Source of the DNA: Phoronis australis
Lineage: Eukaryota; Animalia; Phoronida
DNA: 64,000 nucleotides
NCBI GenBank assembly: GCA_002633005.1
Contig: NMRA01000005.1
Coordinates: forward strand, 1,727,048 to 1,791,047
Direction of reading: 5' to 3'
A program made the position numbers and the translations under genes. Every line of letters starts with the position of its first letter. Position 1 is the stretch's first letter. Under the pieces are notes generated by a model, which saw only the letters and a list, made by a program, of their open reading frames with translations, made no database searches and was not told where the DNA came from. Shown one piece after another: positions 12,837 through 33,771 of the stretch.

Positions 12837-13137
12837 GGCCAAAAAACATAGATGGTTCCGGTTGGTCTGTTTTTTTTTCTTGGAAATCGAGTGGGTGATG
12901 TTATATTTTTCAACTGCCTATTTTTTCAAAAAAGAAAATCAATCTGAGAAAAGCAAAAATGATGCTGGGTCTGTTTTTTTTAACTCATCGGTTGGTAAAT
13001 CATGCATTTCAAACCTTACATGACTAGGCTACATATATGACCCAGGCTGAAATTGATGCAGTCGCAATTTTTTTATTCTGTGAGTGCAGGTCTCAAGTGA
13101 GTAGGGTAAAGACCAGAAACAAATTTGCTTTTTGGCC
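12837..13137. mobile_element. PIF/Harbinger-type MITE
   Basis: TIRs GGCCAAAAAACATAGATGGTTCCGGT vs GGCCAAAAAGCAAATTTGTTTCTGGT; 3-bp TSD TAA at 12834-12836 and 13138-13140. Confidence 0.75.
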
Positions 13138-15110
13138 TAAACTGAGATATGCTAACTATTACATTGCTTAAACTTAAAATTATTCGGGAGTAACAAAGTA
13201 AGATCACAAGACCAGATTTCTTACCTAGGCCGTAAGTTACTTTACATGACATGGATCCCAAAGTCATTTAAATTTGTAAACATGAGAAATAGCCATCAAA
13301 AAGAAGTTCAACACAAATGGAATGTTGTAAATTCAATAACATTTAGGACGGTTTCTTCAATTTCTTATGAGGAAACTTGTCAGAAAAAGGTGAAGTACCT
13401 TCATTTTCTAAAATTAAGCCTTTTCTAGTAAAACATATCTGATCAATGATTCTAGACACTTTTGCCTTCCAATACAAGAACCACATATTCTTACATTTAA
13501 GAATTACATACACAGCTAAATTTCTAAAAAAAAACAGTTCATTACTGAATCTGAAATTTAGAAACTTCTATTGAAGCAAGCAAGCAAATTGTACTGTACT
13601 CACTTCAATGTCTACAATCTGCCGATGCCTTATTTGAGTGCCACACGTGACGTCTGACACCTATATTGAAGCCTGGGCTTTAACCGGATTCACCATTCTG
13701 TTAAAAACTCATCCCTATTAGTCATTATTAGCTTCCACACTCAACTTAGTGACCATCCTGATTTTTTAGTTCCCAATTTAATTACCCTAGGCAGTAACAT
13801 GGATAAGAGGTATAGATTTATTTGCCAATAATCCAACCTAAAGCTCTTTTATTAACCATTCAACTAAGGTTAACTCGCTATAATTTTCAAAGGTTCTAAA
13901 TTATGCACAAAGAGATAACAAACAGATCAGAAAATTTTAATTTTCAATTTGACAAACAGCATTTTTGTAGTAAGAGTCACAGTGTGATCTATCACATCAT
14001 CTTAGTTAATAGGTGCTTCCAGATAACTCCCACAGGACAAGGTCAAATTCCTTAATAAAAGGTCACTTTACCCACTGTCTTTCCAATTGAGACCCTTCAG
14101 CTGTTTCAACATCAAAACTCTGCATGATTATTTAAACAAAATAATGAGTGCCACTGGACTTGCATTGCCAAAACCGACAAACACTTTGGCAACAGGTCTC
14201 GCAATCACCCAGGCTAGGCCAATACAGCCATTGGCTGAAGATTGGATACCATCCACAGACCTACTATGACGCACAGCAGTCTGATCAAACCAATAGGACA
14301 TTTGGCCAACCTGACAACATGATGCATATTCTTTGGTTTCCACTGATCAATTATAAAGCTCAGAGATTCTTGACATGATACCAACAACATCACCATTGAC
14401 ATATTTAGACGTTGACCCACATCCAAAAGACAATGCACTAGTTTTATAAGTTATGGTAAATTCTACAATACTTCTAAATAATAAAGGGACATAGCATCAC
14501 TGAGGTAACACTCTGTGCAGATATACTTACATTAGTCACTAACAGGAACACAGACATAAGTGATCAAGTATTTGCCACTTAGCATTATATTTTCACATCT
14601 GCCTCAGTCCGTAATTCCCACATCTCAAGATTCAACTCTCCTCTTTTGCGGAGGTAGAAAAATGTAATACATGATTAACCTAGTTTTCAATATGTAGAGG
14701 CCACAACACACTTCTGAGCCAAGACAGACAGTGAAGAACAATTGATCATGAAAATTTATCATATGCTCATTCCGAAAGAAATCTGTGAATGACAGTGGGC
14801 CATTGCAATGATCTGCCAAACTCAAAAATCAACGGTATTCATCTACAAGCGTGAATCGGCCTTTATGATGGTTTGAGAACTGCCATGTAAATGGTCGGAA
14901 AAGATTTGATTTTATGGTGAAGGCATCAGTGACTTTGACAAACAACTTCAAATTCAATAATTGGACTTCAGTTTTTAAGTGGTTCCTATTGTAACAACCA
15001 CATCGCACAGAGCGAATGATGTTGTGAAAATTTAATTTTTACCTTACATATTTGACTACTTGCAATGCTACCACATAATTATTGGTTGACAGGTGGGTGA
15101 TCAGTCCCCA

Positions 15111-22459
<7,349 letters not shown>

Positions 22460-24719
22460 CTAACCCTAAACAGAAACGAGTATCACTGTCAATAAAAATG
22501 CCACCTCACATTTAGCGTTACAACTACAAAAAAGTTTGCTTTTAACTTTTGAAGCTGGAAACAAAATGAAATTAAAAGCATGACTTAAAACAAACACAAA
22601 ACAAATACTTAAAACTAATACTAAGCTTCTGTTTCAAACTCCCTAAGCTCTTTGTCACTTTGCGTGTGCTATCGGTTCTTCAAATCTTGAAGCAATACAC
22701 ACCACTGCTAATTGATGTTTGTATGTTTTTGACAAATTAGGAAGCCAATTGCCAATGGCTCACCATTTTTCACAGTTATTTTTGACAGGGACGGCGGAAG
22801 ATGTCCCCTCATTAAGTGAGTGAACTAAATGAAAGGTAAACATTTGCAGGGAGCTTCTGTGAAAAAAATGCATAGAATGGTTTTATTCCAGAGGCAATTA
22901 AATCCTTAGCAGCTTCTTTTTAATCGGATAAATCTAAAGTGGTGCAAGTTGTCAGCAATGACTATGTTTATTGCAAGCAAAGTTTGTTTTCAAAATATAG
23001 ATATTATTTGTAGATTGCTGTACAAAAAGGGTCCCTTTTGTTGAGTTGTGGACTCCCCAAATGAGCCATTTCAGGTATCAAATCAGAAAAGCCTCCTTTT
23101 GCTGGATACACCTTCCATGGAGTACCTTCGAGTTATCGTTTCAAGGTAGAGGGTGTAACTCAGTTTCCAAATCTGGGGTGACATGCTTAACTGTCAAAAC
23201 AAAGCTTTATATACCAAGAGCTAGACTTGTACACCATGTCTATAGCATTAACTATTGAAAGAGGGCTTTAAAAACATTATCCACATTTATGCCTTATTTG
23301 GAAATATCTACCCAATTTACAGCCTAACACCAAGGTTTTCAAGAAAACACATCTTTTACGTTAACCAAAAACAAGTACTTGTCAGCATTTGAAAATCCTG
23401 TCAGTATTCATAGTTGTCCTGTACCGTGCAAAGCATTATCAGAAAGAAAGTCATACCAAACTAAATAGTGACCTCCCATCCAATTTTCAAAAAACCGACA
23501 TCCGAAATTTACATTGAAATAGTAAAATCGCAGTCCGAATGTACACTAGAAAATTGAAAAATGATGTTGTTAATGTGGAAATGACAAAGTGTTGTGTTCT
23601 CAGGCTTTCGTACAAAGCTTAAATAAATATACAACTTTGGATTGGTCAGGGCAAAGTAAAATCTATCTGATTAAAACAAACACTATTACTTGAATAAATT
23701 GACTTTGTTACCTCTGCAAAAATTGCTGCTAAATTTGAGGAGTCTTATGTGGTGGCTTTGAGCTCCATGAATAAAATGACAACTACCGGTATTGATTAAT
23801 TTCTTTTTCTCAAATTCTTTAAAAAGCTATTCTTCGCTCACCACTTTATGTTCAGTTGAAAACAAGATTTATTTTCACTTCATTTTAATTTTGAGCATAT
23901 CTGAGTGACTATTATTTCAACATTCTTCAACATTTCCTAATACACGTCAGTTTAAAAAAATAAAAATTAACCAAATACCACATACCCATGTCACAAGCAC
24001 GAGACCTTTTTTTGTTACACAACTGGGAGTGAATTGTACTCATAAGGGTAGAAATTGCTCCTGAGTGAGTTTTGTAACTACCGGTAACTAGGTTCTAGAA
24101 GATATGACAACCAGAATTTAGGGGTTGCGGTGATCGCGGTTCCACGTTTTTCTCAAAATACTTCAGTAATTTGTGAAAAGAATTAAATACACCGCACTAC
24201 AATGTGTAGTACCCTCACACTAATTTACAAATACTGTGACTTCAAAAACAGTTTGGCCAAGATAATAAGCACAAATCTACAAAATGCTGTCAAATAGCAT
24301 CAGATTTTCTACCACAGGACTCCATTTTGCAAATTAACTTTTAGACGTCACTATTTAGGGCGTTCTGGTTGGTAAAAGTTTGAACTACATTAGTTGACTG
24401 ATGTCATCCTATATCACGGCCTTTTTGATCGATGATGAAATTGTTGATAACAAAAACTGGGTTGGTATTCTTCGCAAAATCTGTCTTAATTTGCAAAAAC
24501 ATGCTTTACTGAAGGTATGAATGGAATCAAAAAAAGTTACCGAACAAAGTAAGGGATTCTATAACAGTCAATTTGTAGTATAAATTTTTGACTGGGCAAA
24601 AACTCCTTAATAGTACTGCCATTCAAAATACAGTAGCCTGATATGGAGTTGGGTCGGCCTGGTATAGATTTTTGTTAACTTGTCTAACAGACTGTTTGTC
24701 CACTATTTATTGTGGACAG

Positions 24720-26097
24720 CAGGGCTTCACATAACGAGCTGCAGGTCGCATCTGCGACCGAAATTTGGAAATGCGAGCTGATATTTTGGTCAGCTCGCAT
24801 TAAGTCGCAAAATGCGACCTGGAATTTCCAACGTATGCGAGCTGAGTTTTTAAACTTCGCGCCAGATACCTGGGAAATGTTGAGCAACTCGGGTGATTCC
24901 GACCGTTATTTGGTTGTTGCCAAATCAAGTTCAAAAGAACAATCATTGAGAAAAGCGCTCCCGATGACTTGTAAACATGTCGCATGAACAAGGGAATGCA
25001 TAATTGGTCTTTGACGCATTTTATTGACCAATACTTTCGGCTTTTTGCAAATTTCCGGATGTGCCGAAGAAAGTTTTGGACCTCGGAATAACACATACTT
25101 TAGAAAGCAGCGGTGTTTCTACTAATTCTTAAACAACGAAGTTACCAAGCTTAGTGGTGGAAAAACACTTATTTTTCATGTAAGGTGTCCTTAATATCAA
25201 ATTACGGCAACACCCACGGCAATATGCCTGATGGCACTGCGGCACTGGTCGATTCCACTGTTAGCGCCGGAAAGCGGTCCCGGCAGACGATCGTCGTGAC
25301 TTGGAAAAACGCGTCTCGTTTTTTTATCGCGAAAGACAGCAAACGTGAAAATGACATCCGAATTGATCGCCAAACGACGGGCATGCCTTTATGCGCTTTC
25401 AGCAGAATAGTAGAAACCGCACCGTCGGAAAGCATTTCGAGGCTTTTTATTTCATGGAAAACTAATTGACTACGTACCAGTAAACAGCATTTTTTGTTGT
25501 GAAATTTGCAGTGAATTGTTTCCGCAAATCAATAGGCCATTCAGCAAGTAGGGCAACGTTTCACGAATTTCTTCCGACAGGATGATTTTTCAAACGTCAA
25601 GTTGAAAAGTTTGGTCTGCGAACAAATGGAAGGAATTTGCACTCAGTGTTATCAATCTTTGGATCTTCAACGACTTTGACGACAGTTATATAGCAAGTCA
25701 ATCCTAGGAAAGTCACGGATACTTTTTCAACGAGTATTTTCTCCTTTTTCATGTAACACACTTAGCTAATCGAATGCATGTGTCGATTAGAGAGCACTGA
25801 TTTAACTTTCACGTCGGCATCTGCCTTGCACTCCTGGGTCTTTCACTGGATGGCGCCAGTGAAGTATGGTAACGTGGTGCATGCATGATATGCTTGTAAG
25901 AACTCAATTTGTGACATAAAATTTGTGAGTATTTAACGTCGCAAGAGCATAATATAGGCATTTTCTGATGACCTAAAAGCCAGTTTTGGTCCATAAAAAT
26001 GGCGGGAAATTTTCGCGACCTGGAATTTATGAATGCGAGCTGGATTTTGGTATGGTCGCAAAATGCAACTTGGTGATTTTCATAGCGTCGAGCCCTA
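24720..26097. mobile_element. 1.38-kb non-autonomous hAT5-like transposon in the presumed first intron of CCDC85
   Basis: Ends CAGGGCTTCAC / GTCGAGCCCTA; 5-bp TSD GACAG at 24715-24719 and 26098-26102; clustered subterminal TGCGACC/TGCGAGCTG motifs in both orientations at both ends. No recognisable transposase ORF. Confidence 0.8.
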
Positions 26098-26476
26098 GAC
26101 AGGAAGTAGCCTTTTCGTCGTAATTACGCGACTGGGAATTAACAATATTATTTCGCTTGCATTCTGTTTCCCATTGAGGATGTGTTATGTTGTTGCCTGC
26201 AGACATCCCTGTCTCAACATTGAGCTAAGGTGAGAACCATGACTTAATGGGTGAATCTGTGTTAAACATCTGCAATACCTAACTCAGTTCAGGAGATATA
26301 CCTGGGCTGGGCCGCGTTCCGTAGCGTAGGCGTAAAAGCAAGTATCAGATGCTAAATCAAGCAACTTTAGCTTTTCTCGCAATTGTCTTGTCCTGGTCTA
26401 CGAAACACAGACCTGGCCAGATCAAGTTCGATTCCCGTATTAGGGATTGAGTTCACTCGACAAGTTTCAGACTTAC

Positions 26477-26740
26477 GTAGAATAACGATACTCAGAATGT
26501 ACGTGTAAGCGGCACGTCAACGAACTCGTCGATTTTCATTGTCTTTCCCTCTTGTGACTTGCCACCAGACATCAAGCTGTCAGTTCATCAGGTTAAAGTC
26601 TCTGATTCATAGGCTTGCGTTGGGCATTCTCTCTCACGCAGGAAGTTGTATCTTACAAATGCTGAAGCCTCTTTCTCTTTTTCAACTTCAAGAATATGAT
26701 TTGGTCCTTCCAATACACGACAAGAACAGGAAGTGAACAG
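26477..26740 (-). other. Putative non-coding first exon / promoter of CCDC85
   Basis: The ATG exon starts at an acceptor (TTCTGTTTAG|, 22465), so an upstream exon is required. Donor TAC|GTAAGT at 26477/26476 lies in a CpG-richer stretch with ETS-like AGGAAGT motifs. The 5' boundary is a guess. Confidence 0.35.
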
Positions 26741-26957
26741 CTCGAGCCACAGCTGCTTACTAAATATCTTTTCGTATGATAGCAGTAAAAGCAACATGCA
26801 CCGTTTTAGTTTTTATATAAGGACTCAAAAGTATATGGTAAATAAATTGTAAGAAAGGAGACTAAATATCATTTAAAATCAATCATTTTTCTTAAATACA
26901 CCACCATAAACACACTAAAATTTCTAATATTTAAAATTAAGCAGCTGAGCTTCAAGA

Positions 26958-27031
<74 letters not shown>
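26958..27031 (+). tRNA. tRNA-Asn (GTT)
   Basis: GTCTCCGTGGCGCAATCGGTTAGCGCGTTCGGCTGTTAACCGAAAGGTTGGTGGTTCAAGCCCACCCGGGGACG: complete cloverleaf, anticodon GTT at 26992-26994, Pol III terminator TTTTT at 27035-27039. Confidence 0.98.
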
Positions 27032-27413
27032 TAATTTTTATAATTTTCGTCTCCAAACAAGTTAAAAGAATACTGCATTTGTAAAATAGAAGTGGGACTC
27101 GAAATTGTGTTCGATTCCAGTTGTAAAATCCAGTGGCCCCCTTCAGAATATGGCTCCCAGCAATCACGGTTCGATCCGTAAGAAGTACATAACTGAAAAA
27201 AATACTGCAGCGATGTTGCATGGAAACTTTGTTATACAGGAGTTATGAGATGCATTATTGGTGTTCGAAAATGATTATGATGGTTATAGAATATCTACTT
27301 GAACGAAAACATTACTACCTACCGTAAAAAAATGGATTGTTTCTCTTTTGCTGACATAGATTAAAATTAAACTGGGCCTATCCGTCAATCGCCAGCTTCT
27401 TGACCGTGTCTGA

Positions 27414-27547
27414 CATGGGCTGGGCAGCAGTGAAAAAAGCGGGGTCTATAGCCCCCAGCCCCTCTGTGGTGCACCGCCCATAAGAAGACCATGAGCGGCG
27501 CAGCTTTGTAAAAAGTGAGGATATAGTCATCCCCCAGCCAGCCCATG
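27414..27547. mobile_element. Short MITE with CATGGGCTGG TIRs
   Basis: CATGGGCTGG / CCAGCCCATG; flanks TCTGA (27409-27413) and TGTGA (27548-27552) fit a 5-bp TSD with one mismatch. Confidence 0.6.
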
Positions 27548-30500
27548 TGTGACCGTGGGTCCATAGCTGAAACGCAGCTGGAGCCCCAAAGTTCGTCGGG
27601 GTAACTGTTAAAACACTGATTTCGGTTATCTATTCAGAGTGTGACGCTGTGACCATGAAGTACTGTATAATTAATTGAAAAGCGGAATTGTGCGTTCAAA
27701 TCAAGAAATTAAATTCCGTGAAGTATATTTTGGTAATAGTTTTATGTCTTAGGACAAAGAAACTTTTTAACGAATTGAATCTGTCTGGTACGGTGAAATG
27801 AATTGCTTAGGTTGTATTCGGAATCAGACACGTGAAGTCTACGCCATTATAAGAACGATAATACTTCTATAGCCAATGGACATGCGCAATATTGGAAAAC
27901 TCATTTTTAAATGATTAAGTAATTAAAATTACTTCTTCAAACAATTACACGAACAATTATTCAACCACACAGACATGTATAATCAATAAGTTATGAATAT
28001 TCCACCATTCTACTATCACACAAATATGGTTCAAATATCGTCAGAACATTGTTTCTTTCCGTCAAGATATGAGATTGTCGTGGTTTCAGACCTACTTAGT
28101 GATTGGATAATAGCGCCCTCTTTATACTTACAACTGAGCTAAGAAGACTCTAAAGGAGCAGTAAACCCGCACCTTCAGCCAGAAGTCAACTTTTGACTTG
28201 ACTGTAACTCGTGTTGTAAAATAGGTTCAGTATTTTTCCATATTTAGGTAAAGGATTCTAGGCGTGAAAAGAACTGACAGCTGTGGTTACTGCTTTAGGG
28301 AAGTCAGGGTTTTTTGCCGACGGCGGGTTAGTTTCATTCGCTGCTAGGGCCGCAACCCGGGCAACGTACTTAATCTAAATCAATTCATACAAAGAATAAG
28401 AACGCTGTGACATTGTTCAGGAAAAGCAAGTGCACCTGTGAAGAACTTGGTGCCTTCACACCAGAAGAAGGTTGTTTTAAAGTAGGCAACTTTAAGTTTA
28501 GTCAGCCAGCTAGCTGAAGACTATTGTATATTTATTATAGGCCTACAGCTTTGCACCAAGGCTACTTTAAGTTCTGAACACTGGGAATTTTTTGCATCTA
28601 CCTAAAGCTTCATTTTACCTTGCTGGGCGAAAACCGAAAATTGTGTTTAGACCTTGACTCTTATAAAAACAGTCTCATGCTTTTCCTTACTATGATTAAG
28701 GATTCTGTTTCCGTTACCATCAAGAACAACGAAACCATCAACGACTCAATAAAACGCTTCGTGGTTTATTGGGGTCGGCTAACATCAAAATTATGAATTC
28801 AAAAATAGTATACACACCGGGCATTTTCATTTGCACGCAAAAAAGTCCCTGTGGGCTCTTTTGGAAAAAAGCAGCGAGGCTCTTTCGGAAACTTGTATCG
28901 CCTACCGCAGTGCCCTCATTCAGCAGTGGGCTTTGGAAATGTTGTAAGAGAATGTTAGAGTATGAAATTAGAAAACTCCTGCGGTGATTTGTTTTACCTA
29001 GCTCTTAATAATTTTCGTCATTTTCGTCGATTTTTCTTTATCTTGGATGATAAAATAAAAACAAGGGCTGTTTCAAAATCAAGTACCTGTTGTAAAATGT
29101 CCATTTAAACATTGTGTCTATTTACCGGTACGACGTTGATAATCCAAAAGTGGTTGGCCATGTGCATACAGAATGTAACCGCGTGTGACCAAGGTACTTG
29201 ACAGGTTAAAACCTGGCTAAGCTCCCTAACTACCAAAATATTAAGGAAAAAGGCAGTAAAGAAGCGTGTATAAGTAATCTGGATATAAAGAAAAAGATAA
29301 ACTTTTAGAATAATTGAACTTTATGTTGTTTCAGAATTCAACATTGCCAGCTAAACAGGGGTGAAGTCGATAAATATTTGCTCTCGGTCAACTAAAGTTT
29401 TTCAGTTTGTCAGTAATGTAATTTACACTATATAAATGGCAAATATACTATCAAAAGTGCCACTTAGGTGAGTGATAAAGTGATATATGAGTCAGTGCAT
29501 ATGTAGGTAGGGCATAAAAGTCCGAGTGTGGCGCTGTCAGCAGTTGGGACCACATTGACACATACCTGTACCTGCTTGCTGATTCACATTTCTACAGAAT
29601 TGGCAGGCGACACAACCTGTAGGCTAAACATAGAAATTTCTGCAGGGATTTCATGTTATACTCGTGTGCAAAACACCTTCATATCACCGAAGACATTTTC
29701 AACGTTTTATCACAAAAAATGCAGCCAGGTTTAATGACAACTTTTGTAGTTGTTCCCGTTAACTGGGATTGCCATTATCTGAGAAATGTTTAAATGTGCA
29801 TATAAAATGTCACGGTCCCGTGTCGTCTGAATAGTAACTGTCAAAAACAATTTTTGATTCAGCTCACGTACGGTTATAATCGAATTCATATCGTTTTTTA
29901 GTCAGATTAGAAATAACCTTTGGAGATGAGAAAAACCGACAGTTTGTTACCTCAGACCAGGGAATTTTAAATATAACTTCATTGCTAACAAAGGATAGCA
30001 ACACCGTAAAGGTTCTTTTTGGAGCACAAATACTTCTGTATTGAAAGTGTATATTTTTACACCAGGATCGAGTTCAATACTGTCTTGCAACAAAAAAGTG
30101 TAGCCAAATCACATGCTTTCATTGAAAATACACTGTGATATCTCGTGGAATTCTTGCAAGACACTAGCATTACTCAGCTTTAACCAGACCCCTCTAGCAG
30201 GAACCGGCGAAAGTTTTAAATGCCGGGCCGGGGACCCTCGCAAAATTATTGACGTCGGATGGAGCTGAAACGAATGACAACCTGGGAGTATTTTGCAATC
30301 AACAAGGGAAGCAAATGCAAACCTGAAACGAGTGTCGACTGGCGTTTTTTGTGCAATATGGGATCGTAGCCTCGCCCGGCCAAATGTCGCTAGGTCCGGG
30401 GGCTGCACCAGCGCACCAGACCACAGTTTTAACGGCTTTAATCAAGGTGCACTGTGCCACCGTACTTCCTATTCCATTAGTGTTTTAAAGTAGCACCCCG

Positions 30501-30598
30501 TGTCAAACACGTACATGCAGTTTCGACTGCCCCTAGCCACCCATTACCCTTGAGCCGGCCAAATGGTACGCCCTCTCATGATCTGCCTACATGCAGGC

Positions 30599-30606
30599 TA
30601 TAAAAG
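30599..30606 (+). promoter_or_regulatory. TATA box upstream of the desaturase
   Basis: TATAAAAG consensus about 150 bp before the first in-frame ATG, following a GC-rich proximal region. Confidence 0.5.
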
Positions 30607-30746
30607 CACGACTGCATTTACTGGCATACATCGATCGACAACCGGAAAAAAATAGGTTACCCTCCAGCAGAACAGGTAACCAAGACAAGGTTATCTGTGA
30701 CACATTTTAAACATTGACTGACTTGTCGCCGAGTACGTGACAACAT

Positions 30747-31799
30747 ATGTCGTACTTTACCAAAGTTACTATGGCATTCATGCGATGTTTGTCTTATTTG
30801 AAAATGGCGATACTATCAGAATTAATGGAGACGACAAAACAACCAAGGGCGGATTTTGAATGGGTTGACACGAAGGAGCCACATCTCACGCGCCGCAGGG
30901 AAATGCTGAAAAAATACCCGCAAATAAAGGAGCTGATGGGGCCTTACCCCTGGTTAGCCGTGGAATGTGTCTCTCTCGTCATTGTCCAAGTGGTATTAGC
31001 TTACCTCGTGCAGGATGCCTCGTGGACAACCATCTTACTATTGGCGTATGGAGTTGGTGGAGTTATAAACCACAGTATGACACTGGCTATCCACGACATC
31101 TCGCATAACGTTCCGTTTGGAAATGCGAAACCTTTCTGGAATAGGGTAATCGGAATCGTTGCAAATCTTCCTCTTGGAATACCCATGTCAGTGTCGTTTA
31201 AGAAGTATCACGTTGACCACCATAGATATCTCGGGGATGAACGTTATGATGTCGACTTGCCTACTCCACTGGAAGGTGAACTTTTCAAAACAAGACTAGG
31301 AAAACTGTGCTGGCTTCTTCTGAACCCATTTCTTTATGCATTTCGTCCACTGTACGTTAACCCCAAACCGGTTATGAAAATGGAATACGCAAACTTTTTG
31401 GCACAACTGATCTTCGATTCAGCGATTGTGTACTTTTTCAACTGGCGAGCGATGGTGTACCTACTTATTGGAACGCCTATGACCATGGGCCTGCACCCCA
31501 TAGCCGGACACTTTATAGCCGAGCACTACATGTATGTGAAAGGATACGAAACCTATTCTTACTATGGCGTACTGAATTATATTACATTTAACGTGGGTTA
31601 CCACAACGAGCACCACGATTTCCCTAACATCCCGGGAGCAAGACTACCACAACTTAGGAAGATAGCCCCGGAGTACTACGAGAATATACCCTGTCATACC
31701 TCTTGGATACAGGTCCTTTGGGATTTTATTACGGATCCCACCAAAGGGCCTTATGCCCGAATTCGTCGAAAGAGCAGCGTATACAATCATGATGACTGA
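30747..31799 (+). CDS. DEGS1: Sphingolipid delta(4)-desaturase / C4-hydroxylase (DEGS family), intronless
   Basis: 350-aa ORF with the N-terminal DFEWVDTKEPHLTRRREMLKKYPQIKELMG block and three His boxes (HDISH, HVDHH, HNEHH), plus GLHPIAGHFIAEHY and ETYSYYG. Homology starts near the ATG at 30825 (324 aa); other in-frame ATGs at 30771, 30780, 30804. AATAAA at 31915-31920. Confidence 0.96.
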   Translation: MSYFTKVTMAFMRCLSYLKMAILSELMETTKQPRADFEWVDTKEPHLTRRREMLKKYPQIKELMGPYPWLAVECVSLVIVQVVLAYLVQDASWTTILLLAYGVGGVINHSMTLAIHDISHNVPFGNAKPFWNRVIGIVANLPLGIPMSVSFKKYHVDHHRYLGDERYDVDLPTPLEGELFKTRLGKLCWLLLNPFLYAFRPLYVNPKPVMKMEYANFLAQLIFDSAIVYFFNWRAMVYLLIGTPMTMGLHPIAGHFIAEHYMYVKGYETYSYYGVLNYITFNVGYHNEHHDFPNIPGARLPQLRKIAPEYYENIPCHTSWIQVLWDFITDPTKGPYARIRRKSSVYNHDD

Positions 31800-31985
31800 A
31801 AGCTTATTCATCCTGAGTGTCCATAAGTCACACCGACTTCGAGTACACTTACGGTACCATGTTTTTTGTTGCGCTGGAGCTTCTTTTTCATGACATAAGG
31901 TAGACTAAATGGCTAATAAAACAGCTTGACATTTTGTTACAGTTTAGTATAGGTTAGATAACTCAATGTAGGATTGTTGAATTAA

Positions 31986-32548
31986 AGGGACGTTATCGAC
32001 TTTACTTGTTGCATGGCTCAGATTTTTGGAAGTTATTAATTTTGTCCAAGGTTCTAAGACAGCAAAATTAGCTGTTCTTGTGATTCTATTTCAAGTCGCC
32101 AATTCTCGCCGTTTTCTGCCAGACATTCGCTGAAATCAAGGCCACCTTTTGTAGCAGTTATTCATCGCATGGGGTTAGATCGTCAGCAAAGGTCTGTTTC
32201 GTGGAAGTGACTTAGATTTAAGACAAAAATTTGGATTAATTTTACGCTCCCCCTTCAGATTACCCAATAAAGATTTACGACGTGGTCTAATTCATGATGA
32301 GCGCGTCACAGTTGGAGATAATTTAGTAGAAATTATCTGAGTAAGTAGCAGTTATATGCATATTCTCAGCCAGTTTGCACTTTTGAGATTTAATTTTTAC
32401 AAACATTATGTGGAACGTAAGACCAAATTTCTGTCTTAAGTCTTAAGTCAAGACTCCAGAGCTTTAGAATGCGATCACGGGGTTGCACGTTCGTTTAAAA
32501 TCGCGATGATGATTTCAAAAAATCATTTTTCTCGTCGATAATGTCCCT
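31986..32548. mobile_element. Kolobok-type non-autonomous element with a nested palindromic MITE remnant
   Basis: TTAA TSD (31982-31985, 32549-32552); TIRs AGGGACGTTATCGAC vs AGGGACATTATCGAC. Internal inverted repeat GACTTA..TTAAGACA.AAATTTGG at about 32209-32449. Confidence 0.82.
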
Positions 32549-32673
32549 TTAAGTAAGTTGTAAAGCGGTGTTTTTCTATAAATATCAAAATAGTCCAGAA
32601 AAGTACACAGAATCTCACATAGAACAAATTGTTCTGGCCGGTATAAAAGATAAGCAGCAGAGATAAAAACCTG

Positions 32674-33075
32674 GGCCCGGTCTCCAATCTTTTTACTCGA
32701 AATGGAACTCGAAATTAGGTTTGGCATTTTCTACTCTACTTTTGGGCGAACTCAAGATAAGTGTCTATTATTCTATGCTCGAGTACACAATAACTTATGT
32801 AGATAATTTATTGCCCTTAGTTCACAGTTTGTAAACCCAATATTAAAGCAATAAGTTCGAGTTTGAACTCGAAATTTCGAGTTTTTACTCGAGTTTGTAG
32901 CACGAATATAAGGGCCTTCAAGGGCAAACTTGAACTAGAAACTGCTATGCATCAACTTATAATGTATTCGAGCACAGTCTGATAACCAATTATCTTATGT
33001 TCGCACAAAAGGAGCAGAGAAATTGCCAAAAATAGTTTCGAGTTCGTTTCGAGTACAAAGATTAGAAACCGGGCC
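32674..33075. mobile_element. Long-palindromic PIF/Harbinger-type MITE
   Basis: Imperfect inverted repeats of about 150 bp starting GGCCCGGT(C/T)TC(C/T)AATCTTT(T/G)TACTCGAAA; 3-bp TSD CTG at 32671-32673 and 33076-33078. Confidence 0.88.
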
Positions 33076-33771
33076 CTGGTTTAACATTGAGCATAATCGC
33101 AAATGCCTCGTGTTCTAAAGGGGTAATTAATTTTCGTCCATACAGTATTTCCGTTTCACCTTGTTGGCGTTGAAACGGATAGGATTTTAAAAACATATAT
33201 GCGTCTTTTGACCTGGATCACAAGTTACTAATCTCCTACAATATGCGCAAATGATTTCGGTCATTGGAAGAAGGTCAATCTGATGTGGTAATTCTCTGTG
33301 TGGCATAGGCGCAAGGCTCACGATCTTTTTTAGACCCATTACACCGACCACCTTTAGACAAGAAAATGACAACCTATTATTTCTGTAAATTATCGTGTCG
33401 GATATAAAATAAAACCATGTTCAGAGCAGTTTGCCACGATTTACAGTTGTAAAAATGACCAAATTTTGACGTTAACAGTAATCGTATCGTCTTACGCCGC
33501 ATTACAACGGTATCGGCGGTTTCTGGGCCAACATTAGTTGCTGTGCATTATGCTTTTATAATAAACGTATAAAGAATAAATTTTGATTAAATTAGACGAA
33601 ACGAACTAGAGAACAATAGACGTCACACATGCGATGAAAATGCTTCAACAGTAGAACCCCTTGAAAAGGGCTATTCTCAACTACCATAGATTCTCCAAAA
33701 AGAGTGATCTAATTGCAGTATTTTTTGGCAAATAATAAATCTGAGATCAAAAACCGGACGATCGTTGTAAA

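Noticed and set aside
24684-25469. Cluster of short ORFs inside the 1.38-kb transposon
   Set aside because: No BED finger, DDE or hAT dimerisation motif recognised.
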